64,000 nucleotides of DNA from Mobula hypostoma (lineage: Eukaryota): the NCBI RefSeq assembly GCF_963921235.1, contig NC_086097.1, forward strand, positions 239,260,001 through 239,324,000, read 5' to 3'. The first letter of the stretch is position 1; each line of letters opens with the position of its first letter. Of the stretch, positions 11,690-25,504 are shown in pieces. The translations under genes and the position numbers were made by a program. Below the pieces are notes generated by a model, which was not told where the DNA came from, ran no database searches, and saw only the letters and a program-made list of their open reading frames with translations.

Positions 11690-13350
11690 TTGGATATTTA
11701 ATCCCCAATCCTGTCCACCCTGCAACCACATCTCTGTAATGGCCACTAAATCATACCCCCTTGTACTGATTTGTGCCAAAAGATCACTGACTTGTTTCAA
11801 ATACTACGGGCATTCAAATAAAGTAGCCTTACACTCAATGTGTTTCTAAAATTTTGTAATCTTTTACTCTTTAACACTTGACTTTTCTTCACTCCACTCT
11901 TACTCTTCTCTTTTTTATCTTTTGCTTTCTCTTTAAATTTATCCACACTTTTCTTTTATACTTTTCCTATCCTTCTCTAATATATTGATCCCAGCACCCT
12001 ACTATTTAGTTTAAAGCCCTATCCACAGCCTGAGTTATGTGATTCGCCAGGATCCAGGTCCCATCACGGTTCAGGTGGAGCCCGTCCCCTTGGTACAGCT
12101 CCCTCCTTCCCCAACATTGGTGCCAATTTCCCATGAATTCAAACCCACTTCTCCCACACCAATCTTTGACCCATGCATTTGACTCTCTAATCTTCTTGAC
12201 TCTATGTTAATTTGCACGTGGCTCGGGTAGTAATCCAGAGATTACTACCTTTTTGGTTCTGCTCTTTAATTTAGTCACTAGCTGCTCAAATTCCCTCAGC
12301 AGAACTTCTTTCTTTATTCTACCTATGTTATTGGTACCCACATGGACCACGACATTTGGATGTTTCCCTGACCACTGCAAATTCCTCTGCAGGTCAGATA
12401 AGATGTCCCTAACCCAGGCACCAGGCAGGCAACACAGCATCTGGGATGCTCTATCCCTGTAACAGAGAACTCTGTCCATTCCCCGACTATACTATCCCCA
12501 ATTACCACTACATTTCTCTTCTCCTCCCTCTTGAATGGCTCCCTGAACTATGGTGCCACAGTTAGGTTGCTCATCCTTCCTACAGCCCCCTCTCTCATCC
12601 ACACAAGGAGCAAGAATCTCAGACCTGTTCGACAAGCTCGAGGGCCGAGGCTCCTCCAGCACTGTCTCCTGGATCCCGCTACCTGCTTCACTTGCAGTCC
12701 CTGACCACATACTGAATTTGAGGCAGCTAATCTAATGGGTGTGACTACCCCTGAAACAGAGAATACAGGAAACTCTCCCCATCCCTAATGTGCTGCAGTG
12801 TTCAAAGTTCATATTCCAGTTCATCAACTTTGAGCCCGAGTTCCTCGAGCAGCCAACACTTGCTGCAGATGTGGTCAACAGGAGCCACAGTGGGGTCCAC
12901 CAACTCCCACATTATGCAGCTACAGCACATCATCTGATCCTGTATCATCCCTGCTTTATTTAGTTAGCTGTAATTTAGTGACTTTTTATTCAACCACTGC
13001 AAAGCCTTCCCTCTACTTGCCCGTGCCTCCTCACTGAAGTCTCTTGAGCCAAAACATCAAGTTCCCACTCTACACTGGTCCACTCACACAATGTGGCCAC
13101 TCTGCTTTACTTTTATTTACTCCTGCTAATGAATCGTGAATCGATTGATCCTTCACGAATGCGCCAAGCCCCATGAAATGTTCCTTTTTAAAATTCTTCT
13201 CCTGGACTTGTGTGAAATTTGCTCTCTTTCTAAATTGGTTGGCCCGCCACTAATACGCCAAGCCCCGCAAAAAGCTCCTTTTTAAAATTATTGTCCCTGA
13301 CCTGTGCAAAATTCTCTCTCTCTGAATTGATTGGTCTGCCGCGAATGCCT
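11690..13350 (-). mobile_element. 5' part of a CR1 LINE: 5' UTR repeats, ORF1 (zinc finger plus SGNH esterase), start of ORF2
   Basis: About 12948-12841 translates MIQDQMMCCSCIMWELVDPTVAPVDHICSKCWLLEE (CxxC...CxxC). Also VIGDSIV, CCLPGA, VVVHVGTNNIG and VVISGLLP esterase motifs, with frameshifts. Confidence 0.88.
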
Positions 13351-13649
13351 TTGTACTCTGAACTTATGATTCAGTATGTCAATGAAGGTCATGTAATATT
13401 TATCCACTGTGACAGAGATGATGGAAAATAAAGCTCTGTCAGCTTTACTCCAAAACTAATACCTCTGCAGAGTATTCACCAATGCAATTTTTGCAAATCA
13501 GGGATGGCAAACTTCTATGTGCCGAAGTTGGTGATAATATTTTGAAGTATTCTCTCACTGCTATGGTATATGTAAGCAGAGATTACCATTAATAAATGAA
13601 TTAGTAACAATAATTCTAGACCTTTATAAGGAAGAAGGATGAGTCCAAA

Positions 13650-14850
13650 AGATATAAGAGCAAGATCAGGCCATTTGGACCATTGAGTCTTTCCACCATT
13701 TTATCATGGCGGATCTATTTCTCTCTCAGTCTCAATCTCCTACCTTCTCCCTATATCCCTTCATGCCCTGACTAATCAAGAGTCTATCAACCCCTGCCTT
13801 AAATATACATAAAGACCTGACCTCCACAGCTGCTTATGGCAAAAAAATTCCACAGATTCACCTTGCTCTGCTTAGAACAGAGATGAGATGAAATTCCTCC
13901 TCATCTCTGTTTTAAAAGGATGTCCCTCTATTCTGAGGCAGTGTGTTCTGGTTATAGACTCTTCCACCATAGGAAACATCCTCTCCACATCCACTTTATC
14001 AAAGCCTTTCAGAATTCGATAGGCTTGTAGCTTGTTAAGCAACCTCTTGTGTAGCACCTTGTCAAAGGCCTTCTGAAAATCCAAGTACACAACATCAACC
14101 AATTTTCCTTTGTCTAGCCTGCTTGTTATTTCTTCAAAGAATTCCAACAGATTTTTCAGGGAAGATTTTCACTTGAGGGCTATTTTGTCATGTGTTGCTT
14201 TAAACCACTGACCGATGTTTATCAACCAGCTACCTCATCTTCAGCACTTTCCAGATATTTCTTGCACTGAAATATGTGCAGCTCAGAACACTAGTCACAC
14301 CATGCTCATTTTTGATTACTAACTTTGTCTGAGGTCTTACCCCAAAACCTCCCCACAAACTGTTCAGGCACTCTGGTTCTCATCCCCTACAACTCTAGTT
14401 TAAACCCCACCGTGCTGCATTAACAAACCTTCCCACTAGGATATTAGTGTCCCTCCAGTTCAGGTATAAACCGTCTGTTCTGCACAGGTACCACCTTCCC
14501 TGCAAGGGAGCCCAATGATCCAAAGATCTTACGTCCTCCCTCCTACATGAACTCCTTAGCCAAGTATTAAACTCTATACTCTTCCTAGTTCAGGCCCCAC
14601 TAGCACATGGCATGGGTAGCAATCCTGAGATCACTACTCTGGAGGTCCTGTCCTTTAACTTTGCACCCAACTTCCTGAACTCCCTACACATAAAAACACA
14701 GAAACCCTTCAGCACATAACCCTTTGGCCCATAATGCTGTGCCGAACACAGAACCTCATCACTCCTCCTACCCATATCATTGGTACCGACATGGACAATG
14801 ACCTCTGGCAGTTCACCCTCCCTCTAAGGTTACTGAGGACTCAGTCCTGC
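13650..14850 (-). mobile_element. Degraded CR1 fragments (RT with internal deletion; ORF1 esterase)
   Basis: VDVVYLDFQKAFDKV joined to the CR1 C-terminus, plus RVVISGLLP. Confidence 0.75.
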
Positions 14851-15944
14851 TGCTTATTTATGTGAATTTATTGGTTTTCTATTTATAAAAACGTTACAGA
14901 GACAACTTAAAGTAAATGAAGCAATCAAAAGAATCGTGGGGCGGCACTGCAAGCCACTTGCCAACAATATTTTTGCACGTGCCATCCTGGGCACACATGC
15001 AATTGGTTCTAGCTCCAAGTAATCACCAGTGACGAATGTATGCCAGGGGTTGTCTATCCAAGTTAACTTGTAATTTTTTTTGTTCCATGCATTTAACCAT
15101 GCTGCCAGCTCAGTTTAAAATAATCACACTCAGGCAGGGTTCCTTCAGCAGCTGGAGAGACAAACGTCATCTAAGTGCTCTGAGCTATATCACAAAAGGT
15201 AAAATAACAATATGTTTTATTCATAGTACAACCTGGGGGCAAACTTTCATCTTCAGTACATATTTAAAAGCAAATCAGAAATCTGGACTGTAACTGAATC
15301 ACTGATGAACACGAAGCTCTTGTCTGTGTGGTGTGGGAATGGTTGAGATAAATATAATCTATCCTTTTTCCATCACAAATGTTACCTCATATTATTAAAA
15401 CAATATCAAAAATACATTCTAAACATGGCTTTCTATTAAATAACCAGTAGACAATGAAGCATTTCTTTCTTCAGGAAAACCCTGTTCAACAATTTTTCTC
15501 TCATCTCACCAAATACAAATACATCAAATAAATTAACAATGAATTTTTTACATGATTCCAACTGATCTCTTTTCTGTTTGATGTAATAGTATTGATAAAA
15601 TGTTCAATCATCTTTACTTTCTCAGGAGGCTAAAAATTATTTTAGGAAGCCCCCTCGACCCTTATTTATTTTTATCAATGCACTATAGAAAGAAATTTAT
15701 CTAGATGCATAGCACTTGGTATGGCAACTATTCTCTACATGACTGGAAGAGACTTCAGAGAGTTGTGGATTCAGCCCCCACAACCAGCCTACCCTTTATG
15801 GACTCTGTCTACTCTTTGCGCCGCCTCAGTGAAACAGCCAGGATAATCAAGGACTTCACCCACAGTCGACATACTTGCTTCTCCCCTCTTCCATCAAGCA
15901 GAAGCTACAAAAAACCTGAAAGCAGGTAACACCAGGTGCATCCA

Positions 15945-16330
15945 ATATTTCAGTTAAAGTGTTGGATGAGCTACATGCCCCTCATAGAGGCGTGGTCATA
16001 ATGAAAGCTTAGCTTGAAGCTTTGCCTGTGGCCTGGGATAGATCAGCAGATTGACCAGCTTGCCATGCACTGTTTGGGATGCTAACACATCCAGAAAATG
16101 GCAAAAGCAGCACCTCTCCACCAGGCAAATAGCCTGTACTGTCCTGGTAGAGGATTCATGTAGATTTCGCTGGACCATTCATGGGCACAAGTTTCTTGGT
16201 AGTAGTGCATGCAGCTATGAAGTAGCCAGAAGTGTTCCCAATAGCCTCCACTACAGCCTCACGCCCTGTTGATGTGTTTAGAGGCCTCTTCTCAAGAACT
16301 GGTGTTCCAGAACACTTGGTCAGTGACAAT
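15945..16330 (+). pseudogene. Gypsy LTR-retrotransposon integrase fragment
   Basis: Frameshifted translation LDELH..H.G...WPGIDQQIDQLAMHCLGC...RIHVDFAGPFMG...FSRTGVPEHLVSDN, i.e. the HHCC zinc finger plus the first two catalytic Asp motifs. Confidence 0.85.
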
Positions 16331-16404
16331 GATTAAATACAAAACTGGATCACTCTCCTACACGTTGGAGATTATGTCTGATGTCATCTGGAGATGACAC
16401 ACCA

Positions 16405-16760
16405 ATCACTTGAGGAGGGCAGGCTCAATTACTGAGGTGAGAAACTTGGGGATGATAGGTGGAAAAGGTAAAGGTTGAAGAAGGAACCTGATAGGAGAGG
16501 AGCGTGGACCATGAGAAAAAGGGAAATAGGAGGGGCACCAGATGATGAGCATGTGAGGTGGATAGAAGGAATAAGAGGGGACTCAGAATGGTGATGGAAA
16601 AGTGAGAAGTGAGGGGGTCGGAGAAATTCCCACAAGTTAGAGAAATCAACGTTCATGCCAACAGGTTGGAGGCTGCCGAGATGAAATATGAGGAATTGCA
16701 CCAGCTTGAGGGTGGCTTCATCACGGTAGTAGAGGAGGCCATGGACCGACATAGCCACTG
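16405..16760 (-). mobile_element. Penelope-like element fragment (GIY-YIG endonuclease C-terminus and 3' region)
   Basis: MSVHGLLYYRDEATLKL..LIFHLGSLQPVGMNVDF matches the I..L.(S/T)L.P.G.N terminal motif of PLE endonucleases. Confidence 0.8.
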
Positions 16761-17315
16761 TTATGTTTACTTTGCCCAGAATATCACTTGCAACCTGCAG
16801 TGTCCAAAACTTTTCATACAATTTGAACGACAGCTTTCAAAAAATGAAGTTCAACTTCAATCACCTGGTATTCTACTTTTATACAGAGTCTTCTATACGA
16901 AGGTTAACATTCCATTTAACTTATTGATTTTGTTTTCTGTATCTCTCCATGTCATATTCATGATCTGTGACCTCTTTTATGACCTCCAACTTTTCTATAG
17001 AATTACTGCTTTGCAAGTGTAGATTTGAAGAAAAGAGAATTCATCATCAAAGGCCCCCACCATCCAAGACACGTTCCACTCTCACTGCTATCAAGGAGGT
17101 ACAGGAGCCTTAAGATGCAATACACCAGGTTCAGGAACACATATTACTCTAGAACCATTGGGCTCACAATACTGAATCTACTTTGACTTTGAATGGAGGG
17201 TTTATCAATACTTGAAAGGATTGCAAGAAGCTAAGAGTACATTTATAAGCAAGTTTAATATGTACTTTTAATTCCATTATTTAAATCATCAATGCAAATT
17301 ATGAACAATGGGGAA

Positions 17316-17480
17316 AAACTCTTCTTGGGCTTCCAGCCAGGTACAGGTGTCGATTATTACCAACGCTTCAATGACAAATTCTGCATCATCATCAGAGATG
17401 TTGAAGAAGATGACAAAGTTTGTCATCAAAATGTTGGTTATAATCAATACCTGTACCCACTGGAAGTCCGAGAAGAGTTT
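17316..17480. repeat. Imperfect palindrome of about 165 bp, second Penelope-type family
   Basis: AAACTCTTCTTGGGCTTCCAG...GTACAGGT pairs with ACCTGTAC...CTGGAAGTCCGAGAAGAGTTT. Each arm has a decayed CTGA(T/A)GA-stem-GAAAC skeleton. Confidence 0.8.
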
Positions 17481-17654
17481 AGTTGTTACATACACCGAAA
17501 CAATGGCGTCATTGCACTGATAGAACACAACTCACTTTTCCCCTTCTGCAATGTCCAGTAATTATTCTTCACTCTTATTCCCCCTTCTTTCTGGCATGGC
17601 TCTGTCCATTTGAATCATATACTTTATTCTGTGTTACCTTTTTGAAGATATTTT

Positions 17655-18730
17655 ATGACCATAAGACCTAGAAGCAGAATTAGTTCATTTGGCCCATTGA
17701 TGTCTGCTCCTCCATTCAATCATGACTGATCCTTTCTTTCCCTCCTCAGTTCCACTCCTTGGCCTTCTCCCCATAACCTTTGATGCCATGTCCAATCAAG
17801 AGCCGATCAAGCTCTGCCTTAAATACCCTCAATGACCTGGCTTCCACAGCTGCCTATGCTAATAAATTCCACAAATTCACAACCCTCTGGCTAAAGAAAT
17901 TTCTCCGCGTCTCTGTTTTAAATGGACGCCCCTCTATCCTGAGGCTGTTCCCTCTTGTCCTAGACTCCCCCACCATGAGAAGCATCTTCCATGTCTACCC
18001 TGTCTAGGCCTTTCAATATTTATATAACCATATAACAGTTACAGCATGGAAACAAGCCATCTTGGCCCTTCTAGTCCCTGAACTCCTACTCTCACCTAGT
18101 CCCACTGACCTGCACTCGGTCCATAACCCTCCATTCCCTTCCTTGACAACATATCTATCCAATTTAACTTTAAACGACAACATCGAACCTGCCTCAACCA
18201 TTTCTATTGGAAGCTCGTTCCACAATACATCTGAGTAAAGCGGTTCCCCCTCATGTTACCCCTAAACTTTTTCCCTTTGAAAAGTTTCAAAGAGTTTCAC
18301 CTCTCATCCTTCTAAATTCCAATGAGTAAACACCCAGAGCTATCAAACTTTCCTCACGTGATAACCCTTTCATTCCTAGAAGCACCCTTGTGAACCTCTT
18401 CTGAACCCTCTCCAATGCCAGCATATCTTTTCTTAGATGAAGAGCCCAAAACTGTTCACAACACTCAAGGTGAGGCCCCAACAGTGCCATATAAACTCCC
18501 GGCATCAAATGGTGAGCATTTGCCTTCCTCACCACTGACTCTACCTGCAGGTTAATGTTTAGGATGCTCTGCACAAGGATTCCCAAGTCCCTTTGCATCT
18601 CAGATTTTTGGATTGTCTCCCTGTTTGGAAAATAGTCCACACATTTATTTCTACTACCAAAGTGCATGACCATACATTTTTCAACGTTGTATTTCATTTG
18701 TCACTCTCTTGCCCATTCTCTTAATCTGTA
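17655..18730 (-). mobile_element. CR1 ORF2 3' part with a second CR1 3' end nested at about 18020-18280
   Basis: NVEKCMVMHFG...PHLECCEQFW...YSLEFRRMRG. Confidence 0.85.
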
Positions 18731-20639
18731 GGGAATCTAGAAAAATTATATCTATTGACTTAGTTATTGAAATACAAACTGGAATAGGCCCTTCCACCCA
18801 GCAGCACCCGATTTAGCCCTAGGCTAATCACAAAACAATTTACAACCAGTATGACTTTGGATGGTGGGAGGAAACCAGAGCACCCAAAGGAAGTCAGCGT
18901 GGTCACGGGGAGAATGTACAAACTCCTTACAGACAGCAGCAGGAACTGATCCCAGGTCACTGGTACTGTGAACCTTTGTGCTAACCACTTCTATTTTACA
19001 AAACTATAAAAGTTTATTTACACAACAAATACACGAAGTACAAACATTAGGTATTTACAAGACAGTGCTAACCATTATACTTATCTGCCACCTTGCCCCT
19101 GCATTGGTGTTTAAACTGCACTGACATTCTCTTTCTGTAAAACATTCAAATGATCAATTTGGTTTATCAAGCAAGACATTTCCTTTTAACGTCTATGCAA
19201 ATTATTCATTATTATGTTCTTGGTTTATAGACATTTTTTTTTCTACCAGCAATTTCAATATCTCCCCTGCGGCCACTGTTGAGTTGACTGGTCTATGGTT
19301 CACTGGACACATTCTATCTCACATCTTAAATCAAGATATAAAATTATATTTCAGCCTGTCCTCTAGCATTAACCTTTTCTCAAACAAATTAATACGCTCT
19401 TTCAATCGTGCCTCTGTTATCATGTCTCTAGATTATTTTATAATATGAGGGTTCAATACATCTGGAATATTGGTTCTTCCTTCTTCAGATTTGCCCAGTT
19501 GCATTCAGCTTTCTCCTCGTTTACTGTTAAATCTGTTTAAATTGTCTTTCACCAAATACTCTGATTTTGTCTGTCTCCTTGGTAAATCGGAACATTTACT
19601 TTTTCGTTCTTCATATGTGATTACATCCTATCCATCCTTTCACAATCCATTACCATCCTGATTATCATCTATAAGGTGCTACTTTATAAACTCAGTGCGA
19701 TGGAGCCTGCAGATAAGGAGAAATACAGAACTGGTTTGAACTGAACTGAGCTAAACTGAATATGCCTGAACCTCTTTCAATGATTTGATGTTTTGTACTC
19801 TGTTTCAACTCTTCTTTTACCACATGTGTGATTTATTCATTTTTTGTGCAGTGGTGGTTTAATGTTTTTCTTTAAATGGGTTCCGTGGTTCTTTGTTTCA
19901 TGGCTGTCTGTGGGAAGATGAATCTCAGGGTTGTTTACTGCAAACATACTTTGATAATAAATGTACTTTGAACCTTTGAGAAGACTGAAGGGATAACAAA
20001 ATCACTGAAAAGTGCAGAAGAGAATAAGGGTTAAGAGCAGTTTTTTTTTAAACTTAAAGAAGGTAGAATGCAGTGTTAGGACTAGTTCTGAACTATATTT
20101 ATAATTTGTAGCAACATGCACAAAATGCTGGAGGAACTCAACAGGTCAGGCAGCTTCTTTGGAGAAGAATAAACAGTCCGCATTTTGGGCCGAGACCCTT
20201 CATCAAGTGTGAGATGATGAATTTTGATACACTTGTCATCATTGGAGTGTCCTGGGTCAAGATCAAAGGTTAATTAGAAGCCTGGAAGTCAAGGGCCGAT
20301 GGCTGCATACGTAGGTCTGCAAATTTGCAGGTCCTCTGGGAAAGCTGAAAGACCAATGTCTCTGAGTCCACTGGAACCAGAGGTCAAACACAGCCGGTCT
20401 GTCCTGGGGTTGGAGGTGTGTGTGTGTGTTGGAGGGGGTGGAAATGGAACTGGTTTTACTGTTGTTCTGTTATTGCTTGTGCTGTTCTGGTAAACATCAT
20501 GGGCATTCTATTTCAGTGCAAAAAATGTGCGGTAATGCACGTGGTCTCCCCCCTGTAATCCTGAGGTTGTGTTGGTCGTTAATATAAATCTAAATCTGAA
20601 GGAGAGTGTTTCCATGCTGTACTTCTTCATAACCCTCTG

Positions 20640-21752
20640 GTTCATTAGTTCCTCACACATCTAGAAAGGAAGGATGCTTATGTGAGAATGCTGTTCTTGG
20701 ACTACAGTTCAGCATTCAACACCATAATTCCCTCCAGGCTCGACAAGAAGTTCAGAGACCTCGACCTTCACCCTGCCTTGTGCAGCTGGATCCTGAACTA
20801 CCCACCTGATTACCGGCAGGTGGTAACAGTGGGCTCCCCTACCTCTGCCCCTCTGACCCTCAAAACTGGTGCCCTTGAGGGCTGTGTCCTAAGCCACCTC
20901 CTTTACTCTCATGACTGTGTCGCCACCCACAGATCCAATCTGCCAATTAAATTTGCTGATGACACTACTCTGATTGCCTGATCTCAAATAATAATGAGGC
21001 AGCTGACAGAGAAGAAGTCATCAATGTGACACAGTGGTGTCGAGAAAACAATCTCTCCCTTAATGTCACAAAAACAAAGGAGCTGGTTGTGGACTACAGG
21101 AAGAATGGAGACATGGTCTGGGGTTGAGAGGGTGAACAGCTTTAAGTTCCTCGGCATACACATCACCGAGGATCTCAAGTGGTCTGTACAATCCTGCAGT
21201 GCGGTGAAAAAGGCACAACAGCACCTCTTTCACCTCAGACGGTTAAAGAAGTTTGGTATAGGCCCCCAAATCCTAAGAGCTTTCTACAGGGGCACAATTG
21301 AGAGCTTCCTGACTGGCTGCATCACTGCCTGGTATGGGAACTGTACTTCCCTGAATCGCAGGACTCTGCAGAGAGTAGTTCAGACAGCCCAGCAAATCTG
21401 TAGACATGAACTTCCCACTATTCAGGACATTTACAAAGAGAAGAGTGTAAAAAAGGCCCAATGGATCACTGGAGACCCGAGTCACGACAACCACATCCGG
21501 GAAATGGTACTGCAGCATAAAAGCCAGGACCAACAGGCTCCGGGACAGCTTCTTCCACCAGGCCATCAGACTGATTAACTCACACTGACACAACTGTATT
21601 TCTATATTATATTGACCATCCTGTTGTACATATTATTTATTATAAGTTACTATAAATTGCACATTGCACACTTAGATGGAGAGGTAATGTAAAGATGTTT
21701 AATCCTCATGTATATGAAGGATATAAATAATAAAGTCAATTCAATTTAATTC
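20640..21752 (+). mobile_element. Rex1/Babar LINE, RT domain to 3' tail (degraded)
   Basis: VRMLFLDYSSAFNTIIP...KFADDTTL...SFKFLGIHITEDLKW...LTGCITAWYGN, then AATAAA and a (TCAAT)-like tail. Confidence 0.9.
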
Positions 21753-23844
21753 TTCAAATTACCAGCACAAATTCACCATTTAGAAAGCTTGCACACTGGA
21801 CAAGGAAGTAGCAAGTAATTTTATCATAGGAAATGTTGTCGGGAAAATAGAAACAACCTACAGATTAAAAAATTAAAAGAAAACACTAAGGGAAGAAATC
21901 AAAGAGAACAAGAGATAGAAATAAATAAATTATGAAAACCAACTTTAGTAAAGTATCAAGTTTGGTTTCAAAGTGCTAGGATTGATTTCTAACAGAATGG
22001 AACTGATGCCAAGCCACAGGCAGACTCCACTTAAGAGTTCAGTGTGAGTCGCAGGAAGAAGCAGGAGAACACGCAATAAAGAAATGTAGAGACTCCAGTA
22101 AAAGCAAAAGCGGAATGAATAATGGTGGCATGACAACTGAGTGACTGCAGTTTTCAGGAAATATCAAACCAATTGAGGCATTTTTCACTTGGAAAGAGGT
22201 GATATTCCATTGGGCATTTTTCAAATGGAGGAGGGCTTATTCACAGTAGATGTTAACTGAAAGTCTTCATTTCTTCAAAGGTAGGGAACATAAATGTAAA
22301 ATAGTTGCCAATAAATTCAGCTGTAAGATAAGCAGAAAATTCTCTACTCATAGTGTAGGTTGAATTTACTGTACAATTTTTTTTTTACCAGAGAGAGCAG
22401 TTACAATCATAGGACAAAGGGCAGAGTTAGGCCATGCAGCCCATTTCTGCCCAATAGCTGCTCTGCCCAATCCATCACGGCTGATTTACTATCCCTCCCA
22501 GCCCTATTCTCCTGCCTTCTCCCCATAGCCTTTGACGCCCTTACTAACCAAGATCCTATATCCAATGACTTGGTTTCCACAGCCAACTATGGCAATGAAT
22601 TCCACACATGCACAACCCTCTCACTAAAGAAATTCCTCCTTATCTCTGTGGAGGAAATTATCATAGATTCTTTCAGAAGGAAACTGGAAAGAAATTTATT
22701 ACATATTTCTACTACAAGGAAAAAATTTAAATTGGGAAGAATAAATACAAATATCACACCAATGAATGGTGTGGAAAATTTAAAGAGCCATACCAAAACA
22801 TTAGAAATTACAAATCAAAACTTGGGGATCAGTTACGATCACAGTTTTGTCTTACATTTCTATATCAAGGCATCAGAATTCATAGATTAGAAAGATTAAC
22901 TTTATTTGTCACATGTACGTTGAAATATACAATGCAATGCGTTATTTGTGTCAAATCAACTCAGTGACAATTGTGCTGAGTCAGTCACCACACTTCAGGC
23001 AGCATCATAACATGGCCACAACTCACTAACCCTAACCCATACATCTTTGGAACGTGGAGGAAACCGGACTACCTGGAAGAAACTCGCATGGTCACAGGGA
23101 GAATTTGGGAACTCCTTACAAGCAGCAGTGAGAATGAAACTCCAATCTTACAACTGGTATTGTAAAATGTGATGTGCTAACAGTGCTGCTCAGAAAAGAA
23201 ATTAACGTAACGTACTCAAAGCACAAAAAAAAATCTATTTTCTTGTGCTGCTATTCTTCATTATGCTGAGTAAGGAGTAAAAGGTATATAAATTACACTA
23301 AAAGGAGTGTGCTGTTCCTTTTATTAAAATGTATAAATGCCATAATCAGAATGACATATGAAGTTTGACTTCATTAGATAAACAGATGGAATTGTACGAT
23401 GATATGACAGTGACATAATCCTGATGTTAATAACTTCCCAGAACATCTCAAGAAGTCAAGCAAATAGGATTAAGCTCTTTTGGAATAAATGGGATAATAC
23501 TCGATATCTCTCAAACATACCACAGGGTTGCAATTATTTTATGCATGATCTCCTGGAGATGTATAATTTTACTCCTATTTGTAACATAATGCATGTCAAC
23601 TGCAATCTGCAACATGTCAGAAAGAATTACCTTCAGTAGATGAACGTGTCTATCAGAATATAAATTCCAATCAATAAAACATCCTTGTTCAAATGTTAAT
23701 GTTTTATGCCGATTTATAGGATACAACCTGAAGAAGGTATGGATATAATTATAGAGAAATTTTATAGAAAGGTGTTCAGGTATTGTGCATTAAAGTCCTT
23801 ATAAATTTCTTTTTTATGCTTTTTGAATGTTATTGATGCATGTG

Positions 23845-24125
23845 TTGGCACGTGGCCAAGTGGTTAAGGCCTTGGTCTAGTGATCTGAAGGTCGCTAGTT
23901 CAAGCCTTGGCTGAGGCACTTAACCACACATTGCTCTGCGATGACACTGGTGCCAAGCTGTATGGGTCCTAATGCCCTTCTCTTGGACAACATTGGTGGC
24001 GTGGAGAGGGGAGACTTGCAGCACGGGCAACTGCTGGTCTTCCATACAACCGTGCCCAGGCTTGTGCCCTGGAAACCTTCCAAAGGCACAAATCCATGGT
24101 CTCATGAGACTGACGGAGGCCTACA
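23845..24125 (+). mobile_element. tRNA-derived SINE
   Basis: Pol III A box TGGCCAAGTGG (23853-23863) and B box AGTTCAAGCC (23897-23906), followed by a non-tRNA body. No complete cloverleaf. Confidence 0.75.
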
Positions 24126-24999
24126 AGGATGCACAGAATTTGCTTCGTAAGACATCGGAGCAGAATTGGGCCATTTAAACTGTCAAGTCTGTTCAGCCAT
24201 TCCATTATAGAGTCATAAGTCATAGAGAAGCACAGCAAAGAAACAAGCCCTTTGGCCCATCTAGTCCATACTAAAACTATTTAACCTGCCAGCTCCCATT
24301 GATCTCCCTTAAACCATGACCTCTGGTTGTAGTCCCACCCATTCTCAGCGGGAAAAGCCTGCTTGCAGAATAGCTGATATAATTTCCCTCTCAACCTGAT
24401 TCTCTGCCTTCTCCCCATAAGCTTTATGCACCTATCAACCTCCCTTTTAAATTTACCCAATAACATGGCTTCCACAGCCACCTGTGGCAATAAATCCACA
24501 GATTCGCCAACCCTTATCAAAATTAATTTCTCCTTATCTCTGCTCTAAAAGCACAGTAGATCTGCCTTCAGTATGAAGGTAGATCTGAACTGCCTGGTTG
24601 TATGCCAATAAGTCCTCTTGGAAAGAATATACAGTTTCTTCCATCTTATTTTTTTTATTCATACTGTGTGGGTGTAGTCAGCTTAAAATTATTAATGTGT
24701 GAAACGCATGAATATTATAAAATCATCTTTAGTCTTAATCTTTATGTCAGGGTTCTACCTGTCCAGCTGTTAGATTTAATACTGAATGCAAACTCATAAG
24801 AATTAAAACAAAATACAATGCAACACTTAATAGCTAAAAGTAAAACTGAAAGACATATTCATTTTCAGAAGTGATGTCAATTACAAACAAAAGCATAAAA
24901 TTAAATGTTTTAATAAAATTGTGAGTCTGTTTAAAATGAAATTCCCTGCTATGGATTGGAACAGGCTTTCATTTATGTTAATTCTTGCTTGTCAAATTA

Positions 25000-25504
25000 C
25001 ACTCAGTGGCCACTTTATTCAGTACGTCCCTACATCTGCCCATTAAGGCAAATATTTCATCAGCCAATCATGCAGCAGCAACTCAATGCATAAGAGCATG
25101 CAGATGTGGTCAAGAGGTTCAGTTGTTGTTCACACCAAACATCAGGATGGGAATGAAATGTGATCTAAGTGACTTTGACGGTAGAATGATTATTGGTGCC
25201 AGATGGAATGGTTTGAGTATCTCCTGGGATTTTCATTCTCTGGAGTCTCTATAGTTTACAGAGAATGGGGCAAAAACATGAAGTATCTAGTGAGCAGTAG
25301 TTTTGTAGGTGAAAACTCCTTGTTAATGAGAGACTTCAAATGACAATGGCCAGACAGGTTGAAGCTGACAGGAAGGCGACAGTAACTCAAATAACCTCAT
25401 TTTACAACAGTGGTGTGCAGAAGCACATCTCTGAAGAAGAGTAAGACACATCAAACCTTGAAGATGGGTTACAGCAGCAGGAGTCCATGAACATACACTC
25501 AGTG
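25000..25504 (+). mobile_element. Second Tc1-like deletion derivative
   Basis: TA+CACTCAGTGGCCACTTTATT end; encodes MGMKCDLSDFDGRMIIGAR; collinear with 6409-7032. Confidence 0.85.

Noticed and set aside
13498..15020. Possible hAT/Charlie ends (CAGGGATGGCAAAC... and ...GCACGTGCC)
   Set aside because: Too degenerate; no matching TIR pair or 8-bp TSD.
17289..17561. Three overlapping ORFs that looked exon-like
   Set aside because: They coincide with the palindromic repeat and match no protein family I recognise.
23845..23915. tRNA gene
   Set aside because: A and B boxes are present, but the acceptor and anticodon stems are incomplete and the sequence continues into a SINE body.
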